A stretch of DNA of 64,000 bases from Candidatus Gastranaerophilales bacterium (lineage in GTDB: Bacteria > Cyanobacteriota > Vampirovibrionia > Gastranaerophilales > Gastranaerophilaceae): assembly GCA_944323335.1 (NCBI GenBank), contig CALUSB010000003.1:3635-67634 (forward strand), written 5' to 3'. Made by a program: the position numbers and the translations under genes. This document shows positions 26,769-36,096 of the stretch, in pieces. The notes under the pieces are model-generated. The model was not told the DNA's origin and did no database searches. It saw only the letters and a program-made list of their open reading frames with translations. Numbering within the stretch: position 1 is the stretch's first letter; each line of letters begins with the position of its first letter.

Positions 26769-27782
26769 ATGAAAGCTGTATTTTTTGATGTTCAATCCTA
26801 TGAAGAAAACTATCTTCATAACAATATTCCAAAAGACTACTCTTATATTTTTATAAAAGAGCCGCTAAACTCGCACTTTGCCTTGAGTGAAGAAATAAAA
26901 GGCGCAGAAGTTTTAAGTGTCTTTATAAGTTCTGACTTAAATGAAAATGTGCTCAAAAACTTCCCTAAATTAAAATACATACTCACTCGAAGCGTAGGTT
27001 TCAGCCATATTTGCCTTGAATACTGCAAAAAGAATAATATTTATGTCTTTAACACGCCTCATTACGGGGACAACACCGTTGCAGAGTACACTTTTGGTGC
27101 GCTTTTATACACCATAAGACATCTCGGGCGCGCGATTGAAGATGTTAAAGAAGATAAAATAAATATGAACAGGTACATAGGCACAGAGCTTTTCTCAAAA
27201 ACATTAGGCGTAATAGGGGCAGGCTCAATAGGCAAAAACGTACTTGATATAGCTCAAGGTTTTAAAATGAAAACACTTGCCTATGACCCTTATAGCAGCG
27301 ACAACTACTACACTTACACAACGCTAGATAATCTTCTTGCAAGTTCTGATGTAATATCAATAAATTCACCCCTTACAAAAGATAATCATCACCTAATAAA
27401 CAAAGAAAACATTGCAAAAATGAAGCAAGGGGCAATTATTGTAAACGCTGCGCGCGGCGAGATAATTGATACAGAAGCATTATATGAAGCACTTCTTGAA
27501 GAAAAAATCTCCTATGTTGCACTTGATGTCATGGAATGTGAAGAAATATTATGCTCGGAAAATAAAAAATGCCAAGGCTTAGAAAATTTAAAAGAAATCT
27601 GCCTTGAAAAATATTATCTTAATCAAAAGCTTCTTAAACTCCCAAACGTAACTATAACGCCTCATATGGCTTACAACACAAAGGAGGCAATAGGAAGAAT
27701 ACTTGCTATGACAATTGAAAATCTCATAAGCTGTTTAAATTTTAGCCCTGACTCTGGCGCAAAAAACCTTGTTTTGCTATAA
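26769..27782 (+). CDS. D-isomer-specific 2-hydroxyacid dehydrogenase (LdhA-like)
   Basis: 337 aa. GVIGAGSIGKNV NAD fold, NAARGEIID, HMAYNT. Confidence 0.85.
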   Translation: MKAVFFDVQSYEENYLHNNIPKDYSYIFIKEPLNSHFALSEEIKGAEVLSVFISSDLNENVLKNFPKLKYILTRSVGFSHICLEYCKKNNIYVFNTPHYGDNTVAEYTFGALLYTIRHLGRAIEDVKEDKINMNRYIGTELFSKTLGVIGAGSIGKNVLDIAQGFKMKTLAYDPYSSDNYYTYTTLDNLLASSDVISINSPLTKDNHHLINKENIAKMKQGAIIVNAARGEIIDTEALYEALLEEKISYVALDVMECEEILCSENKKCQGLENLKEICLEKYYLNQKLLKLPNVTITPHMAYNTKEAIGRILAMTIENLISCLNFSPDSGAKNLVLL

Positions 27783-27789
27783 TTTTCTT

Positions 27790-28446
27790 ATGGAATTGGC
27801 AAAATACATTGAACATACTCTGCTTAAACCGACGGCAACCGTTCAACAAATAACAAAACTTGTTGAAGAAGCCCTTGAGTACGGTTTTTTGGGTGTATGC
27901 GTAAATCCCGTTTATGTTAAACATGCTAAAAATATAGCAAAAGGTTCGGATTTAAAAATCGTTACCGTGGTTAACTTTCCGCTTGGCTCAAACGCTCTTG
28001 ATACAACACTTGTGCAGACTCATCAGGCGCTATCTGACGGAGCGGATGAAATAGATACGGTAATCAACCTTGGCGCTCTTAAAGAAGGTAATTACAAAAA
28101 AGTAACCGATGATATCAGAGCTACAAAAAATATTTGCGAAAATCATAATCTGAAAGTGATACTTGAAACGGATTTATTGACAAATGATGAAATAAAAAAA
28201 GCCTGTCTTGCCTGCATTAGCGCAGGTGCAGATTTTGTAAAAACATCAACGGGCTTTGTTAAAAACGGACTCGGCGCAAGAACTGATTTTGTAAGATTAA
28301 TGGCACAAACAGTTGAAAAACGCGGTCTTGGCGTCAAAGCAAGCGGCGGCATTACAACAAGATTTCAGGCAAAAGAACTGATTGAAGCAGGCGCAACTCG
28401 TCTTGGAACATCAAGCGGCGTTGCAATAGTTTATCCTCAAAGATAA
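27790..28446 (+). CDS. deoC: Deoxyribose-phosphate aldolase
   Basis: ATG 27790 (MELAKYIEHTLLKP) is preferred over the TTG at 27769. Motifs: GADFVKTSTGF, VKASGGI. Confidence 0.9.
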   Translation: MELAKYIEHTLLKPTATVQQITKLVEEALEYGFLGVCVNPVYVKHAKNIAKGSDLKIVTVVNFPLGSNALDTTLVQTHQALSDGADEIDTVINLGALKEGNYKKVTDDIRATKNICENHNLKVILETDLLTNDEIKKACLACISAGADFVKTSTGFVKNGLGARTDFVRLMAQTVEKRGLGVKASGGITTRFQAKELIEAGATRLGTSSGVAIVYPQR

Positions 28447-28461
28447 GGAAAGGTTATTAAA

Positions 28462-28647
28462 ATGGAAAAAATTACTATTCGCTCGGATAGAAAAACTGAC
28501 TACACTTTTTTGTATAAAGGTGAAGAAACAGTGCTTAAGGCAGGAAGCGTAATAAGTATATCTGACGGCTTAGAGCATGTTGTATTGCCTACCGTTGCGA
28601 TGAAAATTATGAATAATCTTATTGTTATTAAGGAAGATGTAAAATGA
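28462..28647 (+). CDS. Small hypothetical protein
   Basis: 61 aa. SD AAGGAAAGG upstream and an ATGA overlap with the downstream ACT-domain gene. No recognisable family. Confidence 0.4.
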   Translation: MEKITIRSDRKTDYTFLYKGEETVLKAGSVISISDGLEHVVLPTVAMKIMNNLIVIKEDVK

Positions 28648-28922
28648 GCAAAGATAAAATATTAATAACCATATCAGGTTTAGATAAAGTGGGAATTGTT
28701 GCAGGAATTTCTCAAAGCCTTGCAAAACTTGGCGTGAATATTGAAGACATTAAACAGACAATTATGCAAGACCACTTTGTGATGATGATGTTATGCGATA
28801 TTTCAAAATCTCAAAACTCTTTTAAAACAATAAAAGAGGAACTCATTGAATCAGGAGAAACCCTTGGTATGGAAGTCTGGGTACAGAGAAAAGAAATTTT
28901 TGACAAAATGCATACAATATAA
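28644..28922 (+). CDS. ACT-domain protein (UPF0237 family)
   Basis: 92 aa. ITISGLDKVGIVAGISQSLAKLGVNIEDIKQT. Conserved partner of the following UPF0210 gene. Confidence 0.8.
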   Translation: MSKDKILITISGLDKVGIVAGISQSLAKLGVNIEDIKQTIMQDHFVMMMLCDISKSQNSFKTIKEELIESGETLGMEVWVQRKEIFDKMHTI

Positions 28923-28937
28923 AAAACAGGTAAAAAG

Positions 28938-30305
28938 ATGGCTGATTTTAACGAAAAAGATATTATAGAAACAATTGAGATGATTAAGGTTCACCACCTT
29001 GACATCAGAACCACCACTCTTGCGCTCTCTCTTCGCGACTGCATCAGTGAAGATATTAAAACAGCAGGGGATAAGATTTACAACAAAATTACAAAGTATG
29101 CAAAAAACCTTAAAAAATACGCCGACGACCTTGAAAACGAGTTTTCCATACCTATTATAAATAAAAGAATTGCTATTACGCCTATTTCTATTATAGGTGA
29201 AGCCGCAAAAAATCCTGACTATGTGTATCTTGCAAAAGTTCTCGACGCTGCGGCAGATGAAGTAGGGGTGGATTTTATAGGCGGATACTCCGCTCTGGTT
29301 GAAAAAGGCTGCACAAAAGGGGATGAGATATTTTTAGAATCAATACCCGAGGCACTAAAGAGTACAAATAAGCTCTGCTCAAGCGTTAATCTTGCAACAT
29401 CAAAAGCAGGCATTAATATGAAAGGCGTGCTAAAAGTTGCAAATATCATTAAAAAAACGGCTGAATTAACCGCAGACTCTGACGGCCTTGGTGCGGCAAA
29501 GTTTGTATGTTTTTGTAACTCCGTATCAGATAACCCCTTTATGGCGGGCGCATACTGCGGCATAAACGAACCCGAGTGCGCGCTTAATATAGGTGTTAGC
29601 GGCCCGGGGGTTGTAAGGTGGGCAATAGAAAATATGCCAAAAGACGCACCTTTAGGCGATGTAGCTAACATGATTAAAAAAACGGCGTTTAAAATCACAA
29701 CAACAGGAGAATTAATAGGTAGAGAGCTTGCCTCAAGACTTAATATCCCATTTGGCGTTATAGACTTATCGCTTGCACCAACACCCGCTAAAGGTGACTC
29801 TGTTGCGGGAATTTTCCAAGCCATGGGGCTTGAACAAGCAGGTGCACACGGCACAACGGCAGCCCTTGCAATGTTAAACGATGCCGTTAAAAAAGGCGGC
29901 ATTATGGCATCAAGCTATGTTGGAGGCTTATCGGGTGCTTTTATTCCCGTATCCGAAGATGCAGGAATGATAGAGGCCGCAAGACAGGGTGTGCTTACGA
30001 TAGATAAATTGGAAGCGATGACAAGTGTCTGCTCTGTTGGGCTTGATATGATAGCAATCCCGGGGGATACACCTGTAAGTACCATTGCAGGTATGATAGC
30101 AGATGAAATGGCAATAGGTATGATAAACAAGAAAACTACTGCCGTTCGCGTCATTCCCGTACCGAACAAAAAAGAGGGCGAATGGGTTAAATTCGGAGGG
30201 CTCTTGGGTGAAGCACCAATCATGCCTGTAAGCAAACTGGATTCTTCAACCTTTGTAAACAGGAGCGGAAAAATTCCCGCCCCGATACACAGTCTTAATA
30301 ACTAA
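28938..30305 (+). CDS. UPF0210 (DUF711, PFL-like) protein
   Basis: 455 aa. [39 protein letters not shown] as remembered for this family. Confidence 0.8.
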   Translation: MADFNEKDIIETIEMIKVHHLDIRTTTLALSLRDCISEDIKTAGDKIYNKITKYAKNLKKYADDLENEFSIPIINKRIAITPISIIGEAAKNPDYVYLAKVLDAAADEVGVDFIGGYSALVEKGCTKGDEIFLESIPEALKSTNKLCSSVNLATSKAGINMKGVLKVANIIKKTAELTADSDGLGAAKFVCFCNSVSDNPFMAGAYCGINEPECALNIGVSGPGVVRWAIENMPKDAPLGDVANMIKKTAFKITTTGELIGRELASRLNIPFGVIDLSLAPTPAKGDSVAGIFQAMGLEQAGAHGTTAALAMLNDAVKKGGIMASSYVGGLSGAFIPVSEDAGMIEAARQGVLTIDKLEAMTSVCSVGLDMIAIPGDTPVSTIAGMIADEMAIGMINKKTTAVRVIPVPNKKEGEWVKFGGLLGEAPIMPVSKLDSSTFVNRSGKIPAPIHSLNN

Positions 30306-30330
30306 AAAACCCGCTCTTGACGGGTTTTTT
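30304..30330. terminator. Bidirectional intrinsic terminator between convergent genes
   Basis: AAAAAACCCG-CTCTTGA-CGGGTTTTTT. The hairpin is flanked by an A-run and a T-run, so it can work on both strands. Confidence 0.65.
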
Positions 30331-30334
30331 AAAC

Positions 30335-31576
30335 TTATTTTAAAATTACTTTTACCTTTTCTTTTTCGTCTTTATTTGCAACCGTCGAACCGTTTAAAAG
30401 TTCAATTGCCTTGCTTAGCTGCGGGTCGCGTTCTTTTTTAACGTCTTCTTCGGTTAAATCTACCTCATAATCAGGCACAATACCTTTTTTATTTATATCT
30501 GTTCCGCTTGGCGTCAGATACTTTTGAATTGTAATGTGCATGGCAGAGCCGCCGGGGAGTCTGTTTATTTCTTGAACAAGACCCTTGCCGAAAGATTTTT
30601 TACCCACTATTGTCGCTCTTGAATTATCCTTGAGCGCACCGCTTAAAATCTCGCTTGCTGAAGCCGAACCGCCGTTTATGATAACAACTATAGGCTGCTG
30701 TGTCAGTATCCTCTGCGTTGCTCTTGTTGTATCTTTATAGCCGTCACGGTCAACCGTTGAAACTATTACCTTTGAATCAAGCAGCATATCAGCGATATAA
30801 ATAGCGTTTGTCAAAAGTCCGCCCGGGTTAGAGCGAAGGTCGATAATTAAACCGTCTTTATCACAGTTTTGAATAAGCGCTTGTTCAAACTCTGAAGTTG
30901 CGTTTTTGCTTATAAAAGAGCTTAATCTTATGTAGCCTAAATTATCAGGTATTTTAACAAACTCGGGAGCTTTTGTTGAAACTGATTTAATTTCAATTTT
31001 TTCTCTTGTAATTTTATAAGTCTTAGCAGGTTCCTTGCCTCTTTTTACAAGGAGTGTTACCTGAGTACCCTCGGGGCCTCTTATCTGCTCTGCAGCAGCG
31101 TCAACGGTTATACCTTTTGTGCTTTTTCCGTTAATTTCAAGAATTTCATCCTCAGCCTTAAGACCTGCACGCTCACCGGGGGTATCTTCAATTGGGGCAA
31201 TAACAAGCAACTTGCCCTCACGAACACCTATTTGAACCCCTATACCTTGCAGAGAACCTTGAATAGATTCATTTTCTTCCTTAAAATCCTTAGGGTTTAA
31301 AAACTTTGTATAAACATCATTTAAGCTTTGAACCATGGTCTCAATTGCAATGTAGGCATCTTCGTCATCTTTTATGTAATCATCATACTTATGACGCCAC
31401 CTTGACCAGTCTTGCTCGTTGTTTGTCTGGTCAACAAATTTTGCATTAACAAGCTTCCAGGCTCTGTCGTACAATGACTGCGGAGTTTGTGCAAGAACGG
31501 GATTAAAAAACGCGCTTACATAAAACAGACCGAACAGTAAAACAAATATAGAAGCTCTTTTAAATAAATCTTTCAT
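30335..31576 (-). CDS. ctpA: Carboxy-terminal processing protease (S41) with PDZ domain
   Basis: 413 aa with a signal/anchor segment. PDZ GDEILEINGKS-like (EDEILEINGKS), catalytic GGSASASEILSGALKD and GKKSFGKG. Confidence 0.9.
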   Translation of the reverse strand: MKDLFKRASIFVLLFGLFYVSAFFNPVLAQTPQSLYDRAWKLVNAKFVDQTNNEQDWSRWRHKYDDYIKDDEDAYIAIETMVQSLNDVYTKFLNPKDFKEENESIQGSLQGIGVQIGVREGKLLVIAPIEDTPGERAGLKAEDEILEINGKSTKGITVDAAAEQIRGPEGTQVTLLVKRGKEPAKTYKITREKIEIKSVSTKAPEFVKIPDNLGYIRLSSFISKNATSEFEQALIQNCDKDGLIIDLRSNPGGLLTNAIYIADMLLDSKVIVSTVDRDGYKDTTRATQRILTQQPIVVIINGGSASASEILSGALKDNSRATIVGKKSFGKGLVQEINRLPGGSAMHITIQKYLTPSGTDINKKGIVPDYEVDLTEEDVKKERDPQLSKAIELLNGSTVANKDEKEKVKVILK

Positions 31577-31693
31577 ATTCTCTCCTCTTTACCTGATATT
31601 ATAACAAACTATTAATTTATTTCCATAAAATAATTCATAATCCCCTATTAATTATGTATTTTATTTTTAAATCATATAAAGTAGAATTAAACT

Positions 31694-33658
31694 ATGATGA
31701 ATTCACAGAGAAAATCTTTATTCTTACTCACTTTTGCTTCGGTAATTATATTTTTTATTGTCTATATAATAGGCGTATCTATTTTTGAGTTGAAATCGTA
31801 TAATTTCCTTGTCAAAATGACAACTCAAAACGCCAAGGCATCAGATGACATTATGCTCATTGTGATAGATGATAAGTCACTGCACGAGCTCGGACGCTGG
31901 CCGTGGAAAAGGTCAAGGTATGAGGAGATTTTTAACTACATAACAAATCACACCCAAGCAAAACAAATAGGCTATGACGCTATAATTGTTGCACCTGATA
32001 CGGAGCACCCCGAAGCAGATAAAGAGTTTTTTAATAATATCAAAAAATATAAAAATCTAAGCGCAGGTGTGGGTTTTACTCATTCTCCGTTTGAAAAAAA
32101 TGTCTCAAAAGACACAATTAAATGGTACGAAGATGAACTCTTTAAGAAAAATGATATTGTAATAGAAGACAAAAGAAGTAAAAAATTTAAACAAGAAAGC
32201 AGCTATAAAAGCTTTAGCGCTTTTCAAAGAGATTATTTAAAAAACATTCAATCCTTAGGCTCTGTTAACACAAACCTTGATAATGACGGTTATATAAGAA
32301 AAGTTGACCAGATAATAAACTACAAAGGCAAGCTCTATCCGTCTTTAGGGCTTGTTATGTATTCTAAATACACAGGCATTAAGCACTTTGTACTTACGGA
32401 TAAGTATCTGCTTGCAAAAAATAACTCCCACTCTCTTAAAATGCCTGTTACAAATAAATTCGGCATTGCATATTCTAATATTTATTTTTATAAAACTGAC
32501 GACGGATTATACTCGCACCAAAAAATCTCCGCATCTGACGTTATAAAATCCCTTGAGGCAATAGAGAAGGGAGAAAAACCCCCGCTCAACCCCGATATTT
32601 TTAAAGACAAAATAGTTTTTGTAGGCGCAAACGCACAGGCTCAAGCACTGCAAGATGTCAAAAGAACGCCTATATCAGACGCATTTTCAGGTGTAGACAT
32701 TCAAGCTACAAACCTTGATAATATGATAAATAATGAATTTTACAGAACGTCAAGCGAATTATACAACCTGTTAAATGTCATTCTCATATTCATTTTAGCC
32801 TTTGTTATTGTCTGCACGCTGCCTATCCCTGTTGCGATTTTATCTTGTGCGTGTCTGATGTTTATGTACCTTATTTTCTCATTTTTCATGTTCACAAATA
32901 AGGTAGCCATAAACCTTGTTATGCCTGAGGTATTTATACTTTTTGCAATAGGCTGCGCATACTCATACAGATATCTTATTGAGGGCAGGAAAAAAGAAAA
33001 AATCCAATCCGCCATGGGTAAATACCTGTCAAAAGACGTTATGAAAAATGTTGTAGATAACATTGATTCAGTCAAACTTGGCGGCAAAAGGGCAAATGTT
33101 ACCGTACTTTTTGCTGATATCAGGGGTTTTACTTCAATAAGCGAAAGATTAAGTGCTGAAGAAGTAACCAAAATTTTAAACGAGTACTTTACCGCGATTG
33201 TTCCTATCATTGAAAATCATAACGGCATACTAAATAAATTTATGGGTGATGCGGTACTGGCGGTATTTGGCGAACCCATTAAAAACGAGCACCACGCGCT
33301 TGACGCCATTAAGTGCGCAGATTGCATGCTAAAGAAAGTTAAAACCCTTCAGGAAAAATGGCTTGAAGAGGGTAAACCGAAAATAGAAATCGGCATAGGC
33401 ATCTCAACGGGTGAAGCTTTTGTAGGCAACATTGGTTCTGAAGAGCGCCTTGAATACACGGTAATCGGCGATACCGTAAATACCGCGTCAAGAATAGAAA
33501 ACTACAACAAAGTCTACAGGACAAAGTTTTTAATAAGCCAAGAAACCTTTGAACAGGTTCAAAAACACGTTGATGTTATCAAAATAAGAGAAGTATCAAT
33601 AAGAGGTAAAGCAAAGAAAATTAACATTTATGAGGTTTTGCGCCTCCTTAATGTATAA
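31694..33658 (+). CDS. CHASE2-sensor class III adenylate/guanylate cyclase
   Basis: 654 aa. N-terminal TM plus extracytoplasmic CHASE2-like region (GRWPWKR), a TM bundle, and a cyclase domain VTVLFADIRGFT...KFMGDAVLAVFG...GDTVNTASR. Confidence 0.85.
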   Translation: MMNSQRKSLFLLTFASVIIFFIVYIIGVSIFELKSYNFLVKMTTQNAKASDDIMLIVIDDKSLHELGRWPWKRSRYEEIFNYITNHTQAKQIGYDAIIVAPDTEHPEADKEFFNNIKKYKNLSAGVGFTHSPFEKNVSKDTIKWYEDELFKKNDIVIEDKRSKKFKQESSYKSFSAFQRDYLKNIQSLGSVNTNLDNDGYIRKVDQIINYKGKLYPSLGLVMYSKYTGIKHFVLTDKYLLAKNNSHSLKMPVTNKFGIAYSNIYFYKTDDGLYSHQKISASDVIKSLEAIEKGEKPPLNPDIFKDKIVFVGANAQAQALQDVKRTPISDAFSGVDIQATNLDNMINNEFYRTSSELYNLLNVILIFILAFVIVCTLPIPVAILSCACLMFMYLIFSFFMFTNKVAINLVMPEVFILFAIGCAYSYRYLIEGRKKEKIQSAMGKYLSKDVMKNVVDNIDSVKLGGKRANVTVLFADIRGFTSISERLSAEEVTKILNEYFTAIVPIIENHNGILNKFMGDAVLAVFGEPIKNEHHALDAIKCADCMLKKVKTLQEKWLEEGKPKIEIGIGISTGEAFVGNIGSEERLEYTVIGDTVNTASRIENYNKVYRTKFLISQETFEQVQKHVDVIKIREVSIRGKAKKINIYEVLRLLNV

Positions 33659-33666
33659 TCTAAGAT

Positions 33667-36096
33667 ATGGAAAAGTATCTTAGCTTTGATGAAATACATA
33701 AAAAAATTATTGCCTCCTGTAAGCTTGAAATAGAAAACAAATACATTGATACGGTAGGCAAAAAGACTACTTTTTCAAAATTTGTTTTAAGCACTCTTTA
33801 TACGGTTTTAAAAAAAATAAATAAAACCGAGCGCCACAGGGTAGAAAAACTTATCACACATTTTGAACAGTATCACATTGACTCACCCCACTCAAGAGCA
33901 CAGAGCATTGAGCTTTTAGCCGATACTTTTGCTTATTTTAAAAAATTAATAAAACCTCAGCCTCGAATTAAGAAAAAAGAGGACATACCGGAGACAAAAA
34001 AACCCTACAGTGATGATATATCTCAAATTGAAGTTCAATTTGTAAAAGGTGTCGGGCCAAAAACAGCACTGTTATTTAACAAATTAAATATCTACACTGT
34101 AAAAGACCTCCTTGAATATTACCCCAAGCGATATGTAGATTATCAGGGAAGAGTAAAAATATCCAATCTTTCAATAGGCGAACAGGTGACTGTCTTTGCA
34201 ACAATTAAAAAAGTCAGCGCCTATTTAACCCTTAAAAAGCTGACCGTTTTAAATTTAACTATATCAGACGGCACGGGCGAGATTACTCTTAGCTTCTTTT
34301 ACAAATTAAAAAACAGAAAAATGCTTGAAAGATACAAGGCCCAATACCCTCAAGGCTCAAGCGTTATAGTTTTTGGAACGGTAAAAAGAGATTCTTATAC
34401 AAATAAAATCACTATAGATAAGCCTGAAGTTCAGGTTATGACTTGTGATTTTTGCTATGAAGATGATGAACTTATAAGTTCAGGCAAAGTTGTGCCGATT
34501 TATCCGCTTACGGAAAATCTTAACTCAAAAACCCTCTCTAACGCCATAAAAAGCGCTGTTGAAAAGTACTGCCCAAAAATGCCCGACCCTCTGCCGCAGT
34601 TTATTAAAGAAAAATACTCACTTATTGACAAAAGTGAAGCGGTAAGAAAAATTCACCTGCCAAAGACAAGACAAGAGGTGGAGGAGGCCAGATACAGGCT
34701 TGTTTTTGAAGAGTTGTTTACCCTGCAGATGAACTTAGCTCTTGTTAGAGAGGCAAACAGAAAAAATACTTCAATTCAACTAAAAATAAAGCAAGACGGG
34801 CTTGTAAGAAAATTCATCGAAAGCCTGCCTTTTGAACTTACAAATGCGCAAAAAAATGCGGTTGATGAAATAATAAATGACCTAAATTCAAAAGAGCCGA
34901 TGCAAAGGCTTCTGCAAGGTGATGTCGGCAGCGGAAAAACTGTTGTAGCCTGCATTATGCTCCTATGCGCCATAGAAAACGGCTACCAGGGAGCAATTAT
35001 GGCGCCTACGGAAATCCTTGCAAGCCAGCACTACAAAAACTTTATCCAGTGGCTGACCCCGCTAAATCTAAGCGTAGGGCTATTTTTAGGTAAACACGGC
35101 ACAAAAGTAAGAAATGATATGCTGACATCTTTAAAAAACGGACAAATGCATATTGCAGTCGGCACTCACGCTCTTATTCAAGAGGGGGTTGAGTTTTCAA
35201 ACCTTGGTGCGGTTGTAATAGATGAGCAGCACCGCTTTGGCGTAAAACAGCGCTCAAAGCTTTTAACTAAAGGCGAATTTCCTCAAATGCTCACAATGAC
35301 CGCCACTCCAATCCCCAGAACCCTTGCCCTTACTATGCATGGAGATTTAGACATTACAACAATTGATGAACTTCCAAAAGGCAGACTGCCTGTAATAACA
35401 ACACTTATCGGCGCTCAGGGCAGAAAAGAGGCCTACAACCTTATTAAAGAGCAAATTAAACTCGGACATCAGGCATACATTGTATACCCTCTTATAGATG
35501 AAAGTGAAACAATAAGTGCTAAAAACGCTACTCAAGAGGCTCAAAAGCTTCAAGCAGGTGAATTTAAGGACTATAAAATAGGACTTTTGCATGGAAAATT
35601 AAATGCAAAAGAAAAAGAGCAAGTAATGCTTGATTTTAAAGAGAAAAAATATGACATACTTGTTTCCACAACAGTTGTTGAAGTAGGTGTTGATGTACCC
35701 AACTCAACGGTTATGATAATAGAAAACGCGGAGCGCTTCGGACTTTCTCAACTGCACCAATTAAGAGGGCGGGTAGGGCGTTCTGACAAGCAATCTTACT
35801 GCATACTTATAAGCACATCAGCATCAAAACAGGTAAGAAACAGACTAAAAATAATGACACAGACAAATAACGGCTTTGTTGTCGCTCAAAAAGACCTTGA
35901 ACTGAGAGGCCCGGGGGAATTTCTCGGCACAAGACAAAGCGGCATACCTGATTTTGGACTTGCCGACATTGTAGGGGACGTAGAAATCCTTGAAAAAGCA
36001 AGAGAGTGTGCGCTTGATTTTGTAAAAAACTATGATATTGATGACTTTAAAGGTTTAAGGGAAGAGATTTTAAAACACAACCTCTTTAGAGGCTGA
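33667..36096 (+). CDS. recG: ATP-dependent DNA helicase RecG
   Basis: 809 aa with a wedge/OB domain. Motifs: GDVGSGKT, DEQHRFGV, TATPIPRT, QLHQLRGRVGR. Confidence 0.95.
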   Translation: MEKYLSFDEIHKKIIASCKLEIENKYIDTVGKKTTFSKFVLSTLYTVLKKINKTERHRVEKLITHFEQYHIDSPHSRAQSIELLADTFAYFKKLIKPQPRIKKKEDIPETKKPYSDDISQIEVQFVKGVGPKTALLFNKLNIYTVKDLLEYYPKRYVDYQGRVKISNLSIGEQVTVFATIKKVSAYLTLKKLTVLNLTISDGTGEITLSFFYKLKNRKMLERYKAQYPQGSSVIVFGTVKRDSYTNKITIDKPEVQVMTCDFCYEDDELISSGKVVPIYPLTENLNSKTLSNAIKSAVEKYCPKMPDPLPQFIKEKYSLIDKSEAVRKIHLPKTRQEVEEARYRLVFEELFTLQMNLALVREANRKNTSIQLKIKQDGLVRKFIESLPFELTNAQKNAVDEIINDLNSKEPMQRLLQGDVGSGKTVVACIMLLCAIENGYQGAIMAPTEILASQHYKNFIQWLTPLNLSVGLFLGKHGTKVRNDMLTSLKNGQMHIAVGTHALIQEGVEFSNLGAVVIDEQHRFGVKQRSKLLTKGEFPQMLTMTATPIPRTLALTMHGDLDITTIDELPKGRLPVITTLIGAQGRKEAYNLIKEQIKLGHQAYIVYPLIDESETISAKNATQEAQKLQAGEFKDYKIGLLHGKLNAKEKEQVMLDFKEKKYDILVSTTVVEVGVDVPNSTVMIIENAERFGLSQLHQLRGRVGRSDKQSYCILISTSASKQVRNRLKIMTQTNNGFVVAQKDLELRGPGEFLGTRQSGIPDFGLADIVGDVEILEKARECALDFVKNYDIDDFKGLREEILKHNLFRG

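Noticed and set aside
29219-30235. 227-aa and 106-aa ORFs antisense to the UPF0210 gene
   Set aside because: They are long open antisense frames caused by the Gly/Ala-rich, relatively GC-rich sense codons. They are Pro/Ser/Ala-rich nonsense sequence with no start context. The same reasoning applies to 8465..8896, 25370..25789, 32740..33210, 41896..42273 and 48793..49296.
33660-33683. 8-bp hairpin CTAAGATA-N8-TATCTTAG spanning the recG start codon
   Set aside because: It is a short AT-rich stem that could arise by chance. I see no supporting conservation or regulatory logic from sequence alone.
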